Below, one piece after another: positions 1 through 12,384 of a stretch of DNA of 64,000 nt. Origin of the DNA: Felis catus. Taxonomy: Eukaryota. The position numbers and the translations under genes were made by a program. Position 1 is the stretch's first letter; every line of letters begins with the position of its first letter. The notes beneath the pieces are model-generated. The model did not search any database and had not been told where the DNA came from. It saw nothing but the letters and a program-made list of their open reading frames with translations. Location of the stretch: NCBI RefSeq assembly GCF_018350175.1, contig NC_058368.1:207268001-207332000 (forward strand), read 5' to 3'.

Positions 1-1609
1 CTTCAGTATTATCTTTGGAAAATCAAGTTGCTCTATATTAACCACACGAATGAAAATCTTAATGCTTTAGCCAAATGAATGGCTTTGTTAGACCTTACTT
101 ATTTAACCTGCTTCTTCTTTCTGTTCATTTCAAAATATTTTCTTCTTTAATTGTGCTTTATGTGTTTGCTTGTTATCTATCTTGATTATTAGCCAGATTA
201 CTTTTTAAAGCCAACTGGAATCTGTTTTCAATTTTTGTTTTAGAATGGTCAACCACAGTGTTCCCAGCATTTGGCCTGAAGTTTTCAATTAGGTTGCAAT
301 GACTTTTAACTTGAAAATATTGTTGTTCTTTCTGGCTGCATACGTAACAAGGAAGGAAAAAACAACTTTCTCCTTACTTTGATAGTCTTCCACCAAATAA
401 TAAAAACCTGACTCAAAACACTAAAGTAGATAATTTCATTGAATCTGATGGGAAGTAAGATGATGAAAATGGAGTGGCACTAAAAATTTTGGCGATAAAT
501 TAACTTTGCCTGCTTTTTTAAGGACATCTAACACGATCAAAACAAATCTGAGTTGAATTTAAAAATAGTATTTTTTTTCTATCTTTACAGTTTGATTACT
601 ATAAAGATATTTTCGACTTTGACTTTTATAGTGTTTTCATTATAAAGAACTCCAATTTCAGTCTAGTTTTCAATTCTATTTCAGGAGGGTTTAACAAAGG
701 CATGAGAAGAGTTGAATGCAAAGTTTAACTATAGGTAGAAAGTATTAATCTAAATCCTAAATGCAACAGTTTTATGTATTTCTCTCCTGAGGGACATAGA
801 CAGCCTGTGGCAGAGGGATTGTCATTTTACCTGTGGTTTACTTGTCACTTAATAAAAGACATTTTTTCCATTGAGTTCCAGACCTACCATTGCCAGTGGG
901 CTATGATGCTGAGATGGGAAGCTGCTCCACAGCACCATGATGCCAGGATCAACAAATTGGCCTCTGCCCCATAGCTAAAAGATTGTGCACCATGTTTCAT
1001 GAGAAGATAACCATTTTCTATGGGGTAAATCTTAAGAAGGGAAGACAGATTCTTGACTTAACTACCTATTTCTAGTGCTGAAGCTATGGAGCTCTATTCT
1101 CCCTGATTTTCTACATTCTATCGTTTGAATCTGGGAGGTAGTGAAATAGATTTGTTGGGTAAGATTTGATCAAAGAATACTCAAGCATTATCACTATGAC
1201 CAAAAGTTCTTCAATGAAGCCTTGACATATTTATTGAGTACTTAGGGTTTTACTCAGACTCCGATTGAAAACTAACATTTCATTAAGGAAAATATATTTG
1301 CCAACACACTTAAAATGCCACTAGTATTCAGTGAAAAAATAAAAGTATAAGATAAAAATATTAATGCATATGTTGTAGGTATTCAGCTGCCAGTAACTAT
1401 AAACAAACATCACATTCCAACCATTCCCCCATATTGGCACTTTCTTTTCCTCATGATTTTCTAGTGAAGAGGCTACCAGTCATTGATTTAACGACTAAAT
1501 CAATAGTCATTGATTTAGAGAGACAAAATACCAATTATTTTGTTGCATCTTATGTGTTATTATATATCACACATGCATGACATATTCTAATAAATCTTTA
1601 ATAAATACA

Positions 1610-1785
1610 ATAACAACAATCATTCACTGCTAACTAGATGCCAAGTGTCCTACTCAATGCTTTATGTGCATATTTTTCCATTTAATCCTCATAACAACCT
1701 TGAGAAATAAGCATTGTGTTTACCTCCCTCGGATAGAGAAAGGATTTACCATTAAGTGAGCTTAAGTAACTTGTCTAATGTCATC
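1610..1785 (-). mobile_element. MIR SINE fragment (ancient)
   Basis: Antisense MIR core 'catttaatcctcataacaaccttgag...taagtaacttgtctaatgtcat'. Confidence 0.7.
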
Positions 1786-2029
1786 CTGTCAAGCATCTAT
1801 TGATTCTTATGTAATTCATGCTGTTGCTTCTAATTCAATATGCTGAGCAGCCATGTCTCTCACTAGAGTAGAAACAACAGAGATGAATTTCTTTCAGTTT
1901 TATTACTGTGTATTGAAGAATGACCATATTTGCAGACATTTGTTCCATGGAAGAAAAAACAAATAATGAACAATTGAAGTCGAACCAATAGAGTAACCTA
2001 CCAGTTACACATAGAGATTGTACTAAGGA

Positions 2030-2264
2030 GGGGCGCTTGGGTGGCTCAGTCGGTTAAGCGTCCAACTTCGGCTCACGTCATGATCTCGTGGTCTGTGAGT
2101 TCGAGCCCCACATCAGGCTCTGTGCTGACAGCTCAGAGCCTGGAGTCTGCTTTGGATTCTACGTCCCACCCCACCACCACCCCCCACCCTCGCCTCTCTG
2201 CCCCTCTCCCACTCTGGCTCTGGCTCTCAAAAATAAGTAAGTGTTTAAAAAATTTAAAAAATAA
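2030..2264 (+). mobile_element. CanSINE (SINEC_Fc-type)
   Basis: ggggcgcttgggtggctcagtcggttaag head, B-box gagttcgagccc, CT-rich segment and A-rich tail. TSD agagattgtactaagg (2013-2028) / agaaattatactaagg (2265-2280). Confidence 0.97.
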
Positions 2265-2934
2265 AGAAATTATACTAAGGTGATTAAAAAAGTAATTATG
2301 AATTTGGACAAGTACTTACCTTTTACACTACAATCAATTTTGCCATCCAAAATATACCAACTCTGTTATTAGAATCATTAGCTAGCATGAAAGATCTGAA
2401 GCAAATTGTCCAGCTACTAAAAAATATATAAAAACTAACATGCGTTATTGTTGAACAACCAAAAGGATTTATTAACTGAGAGCAAATGAATGTGAACATC
2501 ATGTTTGCGAGGCAGATATACTATCAACAGCTACCTTGTCCCTTCCCTATATAAAGACTTTTGTGATCAACACCTCTTCTAAGAGCATTACAAGTCATTC
2601 TGGAAAATGTTGTCTCTTTTTCTAAGTTCCCTGGCCTCACTTCAGCAGAGAATCTTGTAAAAAGTGGAGCCAAAAGTCAATGGCTCTGGTATGTCATACC
2701 CTGAAGATGATTCTCAGCAGTAAAAATCATTCTTCCTTAAATATAGGCAAGATTGTTCATTGCCAGCAATTTACTAGTATGCTTCTTTTTTCCCCCTCAT
2801 TCTCATTTTCCATCAACCATGACCCTTCCACAATGCTCTTTAGTGGTACAGTAAAAATAACAATATGTTAATTTCTCCAAAGCTCGTAGGCTTACCTCTA
2901 AAAGGCATCCCTCGGACTCACAACTCTGAGTCTT

Positions 2935-3418
2935 TGTGAAAAAAACAAACTAGAAATATAGATCAAAATAAAAAGTGAGAACTGAGACTACCCGTAGCAA
3001 CATGACTCAGTTGTACAATAAGACTTTGCCCAGGAAAGATGAGACTATAAGCCAGTAAATATTATCTTCTTCAAGATAGCTGCACAGATTAGCTTATCTG
3101 AAACAATAGCTTGATTACTTGGGCAACGAGCTGTCTTGTCAAATAATAGTTTATCCATCAAATCTTCCCTTAAGACATTCACCTTACTCTGTTCACCAAT
3201 CCTAAACTATCTTGTCACAAATTTTGCCCAATCTCCATCATCTTTCCACCTTGAAACACTTTCCCAGACCCCAAACCCCTATAAACATCCTATCAGACTT
3301 CCCTCTTGTGAGATACTGTTCAGATATATCAAGGTGGTGTTCTATCTCACTGCAGTGACTTCCCTTCTATTCAGTTTTGCTTCATTAAATGGTTGTTTTG
3401 TAATATTTTAGAGAACTC
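2935..3418 (+). mobile_element. ERV1 solo LTR, MER34-like
   Basis: Begins tgtga, has TATA-like 'cctataaa', and the 3' part 'tcaaggtggtgttctatctcactgcagt...ttttgcttcattaaatgg' resembles the recalled MER34A consensus. Confidence 0.6.
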
Positions 3419-4810
3419 AATAAAAGAATGTCAGTATGGTACAGAGATCTGAAATCTTCCAAGTCTAATCATCAGGAAAAGCTGTTTTCAGTTTAATCCG
3501 TTTTACAAGCATCTTTGTTATTCAAGACTTCAGGGAACAGAATAAAATGGTCCACCACAACCAACGGATATGAAAATTTCATGGAGATAATATCAAGATT
3601 ATTTAACATAGTCTCATAGATTGTGAGTGTAGATCAAAAATGCTGTTTAGTGGTGGGTTTCAAAGTGTCAGCAGTTTTTTAAAGTGCAAAGGGAGTGCAG
3701 AAGACAGAATTTCATTTTTTTCGATTTGTGTGTGCATTTCTCACAAATTAAATCCAGACTTTGTTTCCTAGAGCAACATTTGGAAGATATTTTTTAAATA
3801 GACCAATGACTAATTATTTGCCTGCTTAACAAATAAGTAGTTTAGGGAAGATAATTCTTTTATCTTGTTATTTTAAAAATCAATTACAAAACTTTTAAAA
3901 GGGAGAAACAATTGACTTAAATTCATAAAAGTAAAAAAGCTTAAGATAATTCAACTATAGGGCTCTAAATAAACATTTGTCCAAAGCTTCTATTTCAGTT
4001 ATTTCTCTTTTCATGAAGTATTGTCAACTGGGTTATTTAAGAAGAAATCTTTAAGACAGCTGTAAAATGTAACAGTTGTGTTAATAATTGTCTGATTACA
4101 TGGTATAAATACCTTTTCACTGCAAAGACATTAATATCTTATGATAACTATACATATCACCTATGTGAACTGACTCTGTACTAACATTAATTGATTAAAC
4201 ACCTTTTCATATTGGCCCCTTTTTCATTCCTAGTAGAAAGTGTTAATGCAGGGGATCTAACTTTGGTTCATGGACAAATTATTTAGCCTTTCAAAAGGTG
4301 GGAAGACTGTGGACATGAAGACATTTCTACCTTATTTTGGCAAAATCCCCAAGATAAAACACTATAAAACCTACTTCATTAGACAAGATGGGAGATGGGA
4401 CCAAAACAAAACAAAACAAAAAAACAAAGAAAAATAAAATGCACAAATTAAGGTCTCAATGACTTAGCCTGTCACAGAACCATCCTGTGGAATGCTGAAA
4501 GATATAAGAGAACTTCTCTCCAGCCATTCACTTTTTAGACAGGAGAGGAAACACAAAGCCTAATTAAAAACAAAACAAAAACAAAACAAAACAACAAAAA
4601 AAACTTAATAAATGCAAGGAAATTGCATTAAAACCTTAAAAGAAAGGTTTTGTGCCAGCAAAACACTTGCTTTATCATCAGGCTATCAAACTATCCAATG
4701 AAGAATATTGATATGCTAATTAGAAAGAATAAGCAAGGGTATTTTCAGCAGAGGTATGAAGTAACTTGTAACCATGCTGCGGAGGCTACTTTTTAAAAAT
4801 AGTGATTTCA

Positions 4811-5025
4811 GGGGTGCCTGAATGACTCAGTCTATTAAGCATCCAACTTGGGCCCAGGTTATGATCTCCAGTTCATGGGTTCGAGCCCAGCGTCAGGCTC
4901 TGTGCTGACAGCTCAGAGCCTGGAGCCTGCTTGGGATTCTGTGTCTCCCTCTCTCTTTGCCCCTCCCTTGTTCTCTCTCTCTCTCTCTCTCTCTCTCCCT
5001 CCCTCAAAAATAAATAAGCACTAAA
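4811..5025 (+). mobile_element. CanSINE (SINEC_Fc-type)
   Basis: tRNA-like head, (CT)n and A tail. TSD aaaaatagtgatttc at 4795-4809 and at about 5027-5041. Confidence 0.97.
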
Positions 5026-5489
5026 AAAAAATAGTGATTTCGAAGTTTCTATTTATTTTTCATTGTTTAGACATATGGGGAAGAATAACAATGTAGATCA
5101 AAGTTACAATTAACTTACTAACTTACATTAATTTATATTTGGTTTAGTGAAATCCTTTAGAAGTTATATTTTGATATGTAACTTTTGGTGTGATGTCTAC
5201 CATTGCCAAGCAGTCATAGAGCATTAATGAGAGGTGGGAGACTAGGAAGCATGTCAGCCTCTGAGATCAAGGCTCTGTGTCTTAGACTTTGAGCTCAGCT
5301 GGGCATCTGACACTTAGTAGGTACTCACTTCTCGTGTGTGAAGGGATGTTCTTAAGGGCCTGAGTTAAAGGACCCGAGCATCTCAATTCTACGTGTCAAT
5401 CCTAACAACTGTTTTACATAATACCTTCTCTTAAGAGAGTGGCTGCGAACAGAGTCTACATCCATTCTTTCAGCAGCAGGGTTGGACTG

Positions 5490-5725
5490 GTTAGAGACTC
5501 CGGTGGCCTGAGTTCAAATTCCGTCTCCAGCGCTCGCTTGCTGTGTGACTCCTGGCAGGATCTTTACCTTCCTTGGAGCGGCGTCCCTTGCCAGGAAATG
5601 GAAAGAAGAGGGGCAGCTGCCAGAGAGGATTTGAAGGGTGAGGACTAATGAGGTAACCCGTGCAGAGTGGTGAGTGTGGGTTGCCGGGTCCAGGGACAGT
5701 ATCAATAAATATCAGTTATCACTAT
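5490..5725 (+). mobile_element. MIR SINE, unusually GC-rich copy
   Basis: 'gcctgagttcaaattcc...gctgtgtgac...gtgaggactaatgaggtaa...tcaataaatatcagtta' follows the MIR layout. Confidence 0.7.
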
Positions 5726-5770
5726 TACTCACATGCTAAAATGATTTCTTAAAATCTTTTGAACGCTGAC

Positions 5771-6256
5771 TGTATTTATATCCTGTGGCTGCTCTAGCAA
5801 AGTACCACAAATTAAGTGGCTTACAACAACAGAAATTCGGTCTCTCACGCTTCTGGAGGCCAGAAGTCCCAAATCAGTATCACTGGGCGGAAATCAGGAT
5901 CATTGTCGGCAGGGCCACACGGTCCCTCAGAGGCTCCCGTAAAGAAGCTCGTCTGTTCCTTGCCCTCTCCAGCTTCCGGAGGCTGCTGGTGTTCCTCGGC
6001 TATGGTGCATTTGTCCCATGTCCTGCCTCTGTCCTCCCCCTGTCTCCTGTTCTGTGTGTTTCTGTTAATCTCTCTCTGCCTCCCTCTTGTAAGGATGCAC
6101 ATAATTGGACCGAGGGCCCATTCTGATAATCTCTTCATTGTCAAGATTTTACCCATAATCCTATCTCAAGTCCTTTTTTACCATACAAGGTAACCTTCAC
6201 AGGGTCTGGAGACCAAGACCTGGGTACCTTTTGGGGAACCATTACAAAGCCTACCA
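5771..6256 (-). mobile_element. MaLR solo LTR (MLT1 family)
   Basis: Antisense MLT1 signature 'tgtatt...gtaccacaaattaagtggcttacaacaacagaaatt...ctggaggccagaagtcc...ggtaaccttcacagg'. Confidence 0.85.
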
Positions 6257-6589
6257 AATGAACATTTAGTACTTTAAAATTAAAGAATTTGCCCCCCCAG
6301 CTACATACTACCGGTGTAATTCCTGTTTTCTCTCTCTCTCTTAATCCCCCTCCCTCCCTCACCGTCTCCCTCCCTCTCTGTCTCTTCTCTTCTCCTTTTC
6401 CTCCAAACCCTGTCCCATATACCTCACTATATGTAAGTCAAGTGTCTTGACCAAATAGAGCTGTTTTTGTTTTTGTTTTTGTCTTCTTACCCACATGGAA
6501 GACTGGTAAAGGCAGTTGCCAGCTCTTGCTGAGGGGCTCCCTCAAGTCAGGATCTGCATCTTTGAGAGGTCCTGCCTGCGATCCTTCTG

Positions 6590-6870
6590 AATTTTCTAGC
6601 GTGATTATTCCTCACGGCCACAAAATGGCTGAGCCAGACCCAGGCATGTGAGGTAGGAAGAAAGGAGAACGTTTCCACCAGCTTCTATCAGTGAACCAAA
6701 ACTTCCCTTGAAAACTCTCAGGAAACTTCCCTTTATATTTGGCTGGAAGTATATCCTCCATCACAAGATACAGGGAGGCTGGGAAAAGAAAAAATACAGC
6801 TTTTCTAGAGGGGAGAGTAGAAGGCACCCAGATCGAGATCAAGGATGACTGTTGTGTATGCCAGCCAATG
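6590..6870 (-). mobile_element. Old MaLR LTR fragment (MLT1J/K-like)
   Basis: 'cacaaaatggctg...aggtaggaagaaagg...ggaggctgggaaaag' resembles old antisense MLT1. Confidence 0.45.
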
Positions 6871-6999
6871 AGACTCCTTACCTGAGGGGTTGTTGGAGGG
6901 AGGGCAGAGGCGGGAAGAGAAGGCAGAGGGAGAGAAGCAGAGGGGTGGAATCCTAACTGAGCTGCCACTACGAGGCAGGCAGTACACCTGATAAATCCA

Positions 7000-7178
7000 C
7001 ACAGTTTCTCATTTCATCTTCACCACAGTTTTGTGAAATTAATCTTAATGTTCCCATCTTGCAGAGAAGACGATTGAGGTTCAGAAAATTTTAAAAGCAC
7101 ATGCTAGTACAGAGCTAATAGGTGGGGAGGGCAGAAACGAAACTGAAGTGTGTCTAGATCCAGATACCATGCTCTTTC
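7000..7178 (-). mobile_element. MIR SINE fragment
   Basis: 'cccatcttgcagagaagacgattgaggttcaga...tctagatccagataccatgctcttt'. Confidence 0.65.
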
Positions 7179-10100
7179 TAGTACTTTTGAATGAATTATC
7201 ATCCCCATTAGATCATCTGTGGCCGACATTTTCCCCTCATAGCCGCTCTTCTTCAGATGCTGCTATTATCTTAACGGTGTTGACCAAAACTCAGAGCACT
7301 TCGCCAAAACCGTAAATCACTCCGGGGCTGCAGGTATGGGGGCTGCTGCAACGCTCCTGTTGTAACACAAACGTGCTGGGAGAGACAGGGCCCGGTCAGC
7401 ACATTGCAGTGCACAGTCAAGATGCAAATAGGGCGCCATGAGCCTGGGACCTTGTCCTCACCACCCTGAGAGTGGGCTTCCCGGGCTTCCTGGGGCACGT
7501 GGGATACTTCCGCCCAGAATGACTGGGGAAGTGGTATTTGTTGGTGGCAAGCACTAACAGGAATGCAGCTCAAGTACTGGTGTTGACATTCGGAGTTAAG
7601 TCAGCCTTGTGTCTCCAGATCTGCCCTTACAGACACGGGTTTCCCAGTATGTTGCAGAGAGATTCTTACACAGAAGAAATTCCACTGGTGGAGAAACTGG
7701 CTTATTCTTGAAAGAGGGCAACTCTTTTGTTAAAAGTGTCTACAAGCACAGGAAAGTTTAGTCGAGAGGAAAAAATAGATTTCCAAAATCTGTCCCAGAA
7801 CTGAATCAGCCATTTTGAATGATCAGAATCGCATCCTCTCCAACCTCATCTCCTTCCCCTTCAGCTAATCTTTCCGTGCTTTCTGTTCGTGTTGGGTGTA
7901 TATGATTCAAACTCAACCCTTTATGTATGTTTTACAAACCCAAAAAAGAAAAAAAAAAAAATGTCAGCCTACCCAAGACAACACACTGTACAACCCAAAA
8001 CTAGTTTAAATTTATGTTTTGCTCTGATAAAGTGGTAACGATTGTAGCGACACAAATAAGCTTGTATCAAGAGGGTCTCAGATTCTAAAATTGAATTCAC
8101 TCCCTTACGGTTAAAGAATGTTCAAAACGGTGAAGACCTAAAAAAGAGGATTTCGTAATCTGCACATTCTTGGGACAGATAGGGATCGCGGACTTTCTTC
8201 ATCCACAAAAGGAAGCCGGGGCCCATCTACCTATGGCTCTGGAGGAACAGGGAAGCCTGATGAAACAGGAGTGAGGATACCAACCCCTGGCAGAGATCCA
8301 ACCCCCTCAAAGTGAGGAAATCCAAAGGAAAAACAGAAGATCTCTTCTCAGTTTCTTTGGAACACAGATTGGGTTCGGATCAAGTTTCTGCATCATCCAG
8401 TGAGCCTTGCTCACCAGACACCTGTGCCCACACTTGACAACTTGTGCTGATTCCTGGCCAGTGAGACGGACTCCAGACACTGTCAATGCCAGCGGGATCA
8501 CCACCAGAGACCCCATGTATGACAGTAACCTACGCTAGCCTTGCTGGGTTTGTGGAGGCTCTGGCTCCCCCTACAGCTGCCCAGAGAAGCCAGGTAATAC
8601 AAACAGGAGGTGCAAGGGAGTTATTCCCATAGTGGGTGAACTCGTACCAATGTAACACAGGAGTTGAGGAAAAGCCAGAGATACATTACTCACCCCTCTT
8701 CTTCCTCTGCAGCAGTTATTATACACAGTAGGTCTATACAACTTTTCTAAACATGTTCTGCAAGGTGAGTGACCAGTTGTGTGTTTTTGTTTGTTTGTTT
8801 GTTTGTTTGTTTGCAAAGCTAGAGACAGCTCAGTAATGCACCTACTGTCCTTGTCTCTAGTTTTTCTGGGACTGAACCCCCAATAAAGCATTAGCTTGTG
8901 TTTGCTTTGGACTCCATTTTCTGAGGCACCCATGTTAAGAGCATGTGATAGCAGTCATATCTGCCCCCAGAAGTAGTTTATTAAGCAGGGGTGACAGGGC
9001 TTTAGTATGAGGCATTTGTAGTTTCAAATTTTTGGAACTGAGTGTGATAGGATCCGGGGATGGCCACAGGTCTAGGTCATAGCCAGTATGAGTGCGAGAA
9101 ACTAACCCCTCCTGTGAAAATGTAAGTGGAAATAGGAATCACGTGTTTCCATGCCCAACTAAGATGGGAGATCAGAGAGAGAAAGGGCAGAGCTCTGGGA
9201 GGCTGTGCTCCACCTAACCTCTCAAATCACACGGTTCTCTGGATGGGGCGTTCTCTGGATGGGGGGAGACAGTACTGGTACAGGGTTCCAAAGAATTAAA
9301 AGCAGGGAGAGGTGTTTAGGAATGGAAAGTAAATTGTTTAACTGTGATGTAAAGGACAGATAAGAGTTCCTGGACAATTTCCCCTCCATCTTCTTCCTGT
9401 CTTTATTCCACTTTCCACTGCCTCTGTGTTTGCAAATTCTGTCTTGCTATTAGTTTTTAATGAAACCAATATGTTTATCATAGTCAATGGCAGACACGGT
9501 CATTTGCACCTCAAGGTTATATTATTTTTTTCCTCAGACGGATTCAGCTGGCAGCTTCTGTAGATTCCTTTGCACAAAAAGTGACACCAAAGTTCTAATG
9601 GCAAGAAGCAAACTCTGTACCTCAGCAATTCTGCAAGCAAGATCAAGTATTGCCAACTGATCTTTTCTTTTCCTCAAGGGGGAAAAAAAAACCAGCAACA
9701 ATGGGCTAGAATAAAAAATGTGGACAAGAAAACATGCTCACATATTGTAACAGTATGATGGGCTTCGGAGTTTTCTAGAATTCTAAATGTGTGGTTGATG
9801 CTGCAGCAGCCCCTGCAAAGCCATCACTTACCACGATGTCAGAAGATCTTGGACACTGGGAACAAACTTGATTAGTATGACTAACTTTCATAGTCTCAAA
9901 GCTTCAGACATCAGCAACAGAGAGGAGCCGAGCAGACACTGGATAAATAATAAAGAATGAGAAACATGTTGCGACACTCACTTTCAAATTATATTTTCAA
10001 TTTTTTTCTTACATCCACAAATTTCTAGTAAAATGAAATTACGCAGTTTCATTAAATTATCTAGATGTCATTTAAGAAAAAAAAGGAAAACAACTTTGGT

Positions 10101-10199
10101 ATAATTTCAAATGTCTCCTTCATGTCAGACACAACCATGCTAAAGTGTTTCTTGTATAAAAATTTCCACTTGTTCCCACTGTCCAGTCAACCTAGGAAC

Positions 10200-11280
10200 C
10201 ATATCTTTCCTGCCCTTTGTGGTCAGACTTCTCAAATGAGACTTTCCACTTTTTCATACTATGTCCACTCCTTTCTCACAATAATTTTTTTTGCCCCTAT
10301 CAGTTTTATTTAACTTTTTCTCAAAGTCCACTGGCCTTTTCTCAATCTCCTCAAACGTTTTGAAATACATTACTCTTGTTTCAATCGTCCTTGTTGACAG
10401 GTCCCTACAACATCACGTTCACCTGAAAATCCCATTAACTTTAATCACATCATCAGTGTCTCCTAAAAGCAAGCATTCTCCAGAAGGTTCCTAGGACCTC
10501 AGCCTTTTTCTCTCTCAGACTGACTCATCTCCTCCCGTGACGGCAAATACCCACCACTTCTGTGTCTATCTCTTCAACAACAACAACAAACAAAACAACA
10601 AAATTAATGTTTATTTATTTTTGAGAGATAGAGACAGAGAATGAGTGGGGGAAGGCAGAGAGAGATGGAGACACAGAATCCCAAGCAGGCTCCAGGCTCT
10701 GAGCTGTCAGCACAGAGCCTGACACGGGGCTCGAACTCACCGACCATGGGATGATAACCTGAGCCAAAGTCCGATGCTTAACAAACTGAGCCACCCAGGC
10801 ACCCCTCTATCCCTTCAATTTCACTCTCATTGAAACAGTAGACCCACTTGTCAACTGCTAAGTTAAATCAGCATCATAGAACTTCTACAAACTCCCTTTT
10901 GTCGAAACCTGATCCTTCTCTTTCTAGCTAGCTTCTCCCCAACCAGGAATAAAATATGAGAGTTACCTTTGACTCTTTCTTTTGAACTTCTAACATCCAA
11001 ACAGTTGCTCAGTTCTTTCACCTCTACATCTGCAGTTGTTTCCTCATCTAAACTTGGTCTTTACTACCACACTCACAGCCAAGTTCCCATTACCGCTGTT
11101 CTATACCACTCGAATAGACATTCACCCTGCCTTTCCACATCCTTTGGCTCTTCCTTTGCCTGTCAGTTCTTCTCTTAATGTACAATTGTGACCTTGGCAC
11201 TCCTGACTCAAAAGCCATCTACTTTTTCTCCTTTTTCTACACAATAAAGATCAATGTCTAGTTTAGTATCTACAGTCCCT
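10200..11280 (+). mobile_element. L2 LINE fragment interrupted by a CanSINE
   Basis: Pyrimidine-rich L2-like text on both sides of the SINE, e.g. 'cctaggacctcagcctttttctct' and 'cactcctgactcaaaagccatc'. Confidence 0.5.
10578..10805 (-). mobile_element. CanSINE (SINEC_Fc-type)
   Basis: Reverse-complement SINE ending ...ccacccaggcacccc. TSD tctatctcttcaa (10565-10577) / tctatcccttcaa (10806-10818). Confidence 0.97.
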
Positions 11281-11481
11281 CATAATTATGGTGTTAGCAG
11301 GCTTTATACCTTAAAAATTCTTGTGTAGAATGTATTGTTTGGGCAACCTAAAGGGACTCAAAATAGAGAAGAGAAAAAAGGCAAAACCAAAATAAAAGAG
11401 AAATTTTATTTGTCTTCTATTTTCCATTGGATGGTGAAACACTTTTTTTTTTTTTTTTTTTTTTTTAAACAATGATTGTAT

Positions 11482-11494
11482 TGCCATCTGCTGG
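11482..11494 (-). promoter_or_regulatory. Candidate CTCF core motif
   Basis: Minus strand CCAGCAGATGGCA fits CCASYAGRKGGCR. Motif match only. Confidence 0.4.
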
Positions 11495-12012
11495 AATTAT
11501 TAGAGCACATTTGAAGCAATGTTTTTCTCAGGCTGAAAGTCTTGACTTCAGTGTTCAAACATTATCTCTAAATACAACTTTTAATGCCTAATATAACTGC
11601 AGATGTTAGAGTTTCATATGAGAATTGCTTTGATTCCAAGCACACAAAATTACAATTAACAAATTAGCATGACCTTTGCTTATAATAGACTAGGAGCATT
11701 CACCTTTATTACTGAGAATATCCTAGTGAGCCCAAGAATGAGATGATTGCCTTTATGGAGAAATAAGGTATCTTTTTTAATATCAGGTTACTTCCAAAAA
11801 CCATTTTTTTTGACGGTACTCAAGAATTCAAATTTTTCTCAATATTTAAGACTCAGAACTAGAATTACCTTTTCCAATGAAGGATTCCCAAGCCACCTTA
11901 TCCTCTTTGATTTTATATAACTTACTATGGGCATTTCACTTTTATTTGGGAGGCTAAACATAATTGCATTGTATTGACATGAAACATTGCCTGTGTTTGT
12001 CTCTCCATAATC

Positions 12013-12230
12013 AGTAGTGGTTAAAAATCTGGTCTCTAAAGTCAAGCTGCATGCTTCAAAATGTGAATTTGCCATTTACTAATTAATATTTTTGTAACTA
12101 GCTTCTTCCTCTGTGAAACAGAGATAACAATATTTCCTTCACAGGGTTGTTAGGAAGATTACAACAGCAACAACTTTAAAATCACTCAAAGCATCACTTG
12201 CCATGTAGTAAGCACCTAAAATTATTAGCT
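12013..12230 (+). mobile_element. MIR SINE, near full length
   Basis: 'gtagtggttaa...ttcctctgtgaaacagagataacaata...cacagggttgttaggaagatta...tagtaagcac'. Confidence 0.8.
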
Positions 12231-12384
12231 TTATCAATCAGATTGTTACAGATATGATTATTATCACCCAATAACCCAAACAGGTAGCAGTGAGTCCCAC
12301 ATAGAGCAGGTTTAAAATGAGTATTATTAAATGACAGATTTTTATTAGCTATTTAAAAATGATTTAGATTTTTTAAAAGTTAGA

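Noticed and set aside
2030..2110. tRNA gene (A/B boxes)
   Set aside because: tRNA-derived SINE head followed by SINE body and tail.
2041..2283. Recurrent 'AQSVKRPTSAQV...SGSVLTAQSLE' peptides at many positions, suggesting a gene family
   Set aside because: All are translations of CanSINE copies.
9234..9264. gttctctggatgggg x2, and similar short doublets at 18709-18751 and about 39814-39840
   Set aside because: Ordinary slippage-type micro-duplications with two copies only; no repeat-spacer array.
9520..9830. Acceptor-like ttttttcctcag and a minus-strand donor (cacttac)
   Set aside because: No matched canonical acceptor/donor pair or credible reading frame; such motifs are expected by chance.
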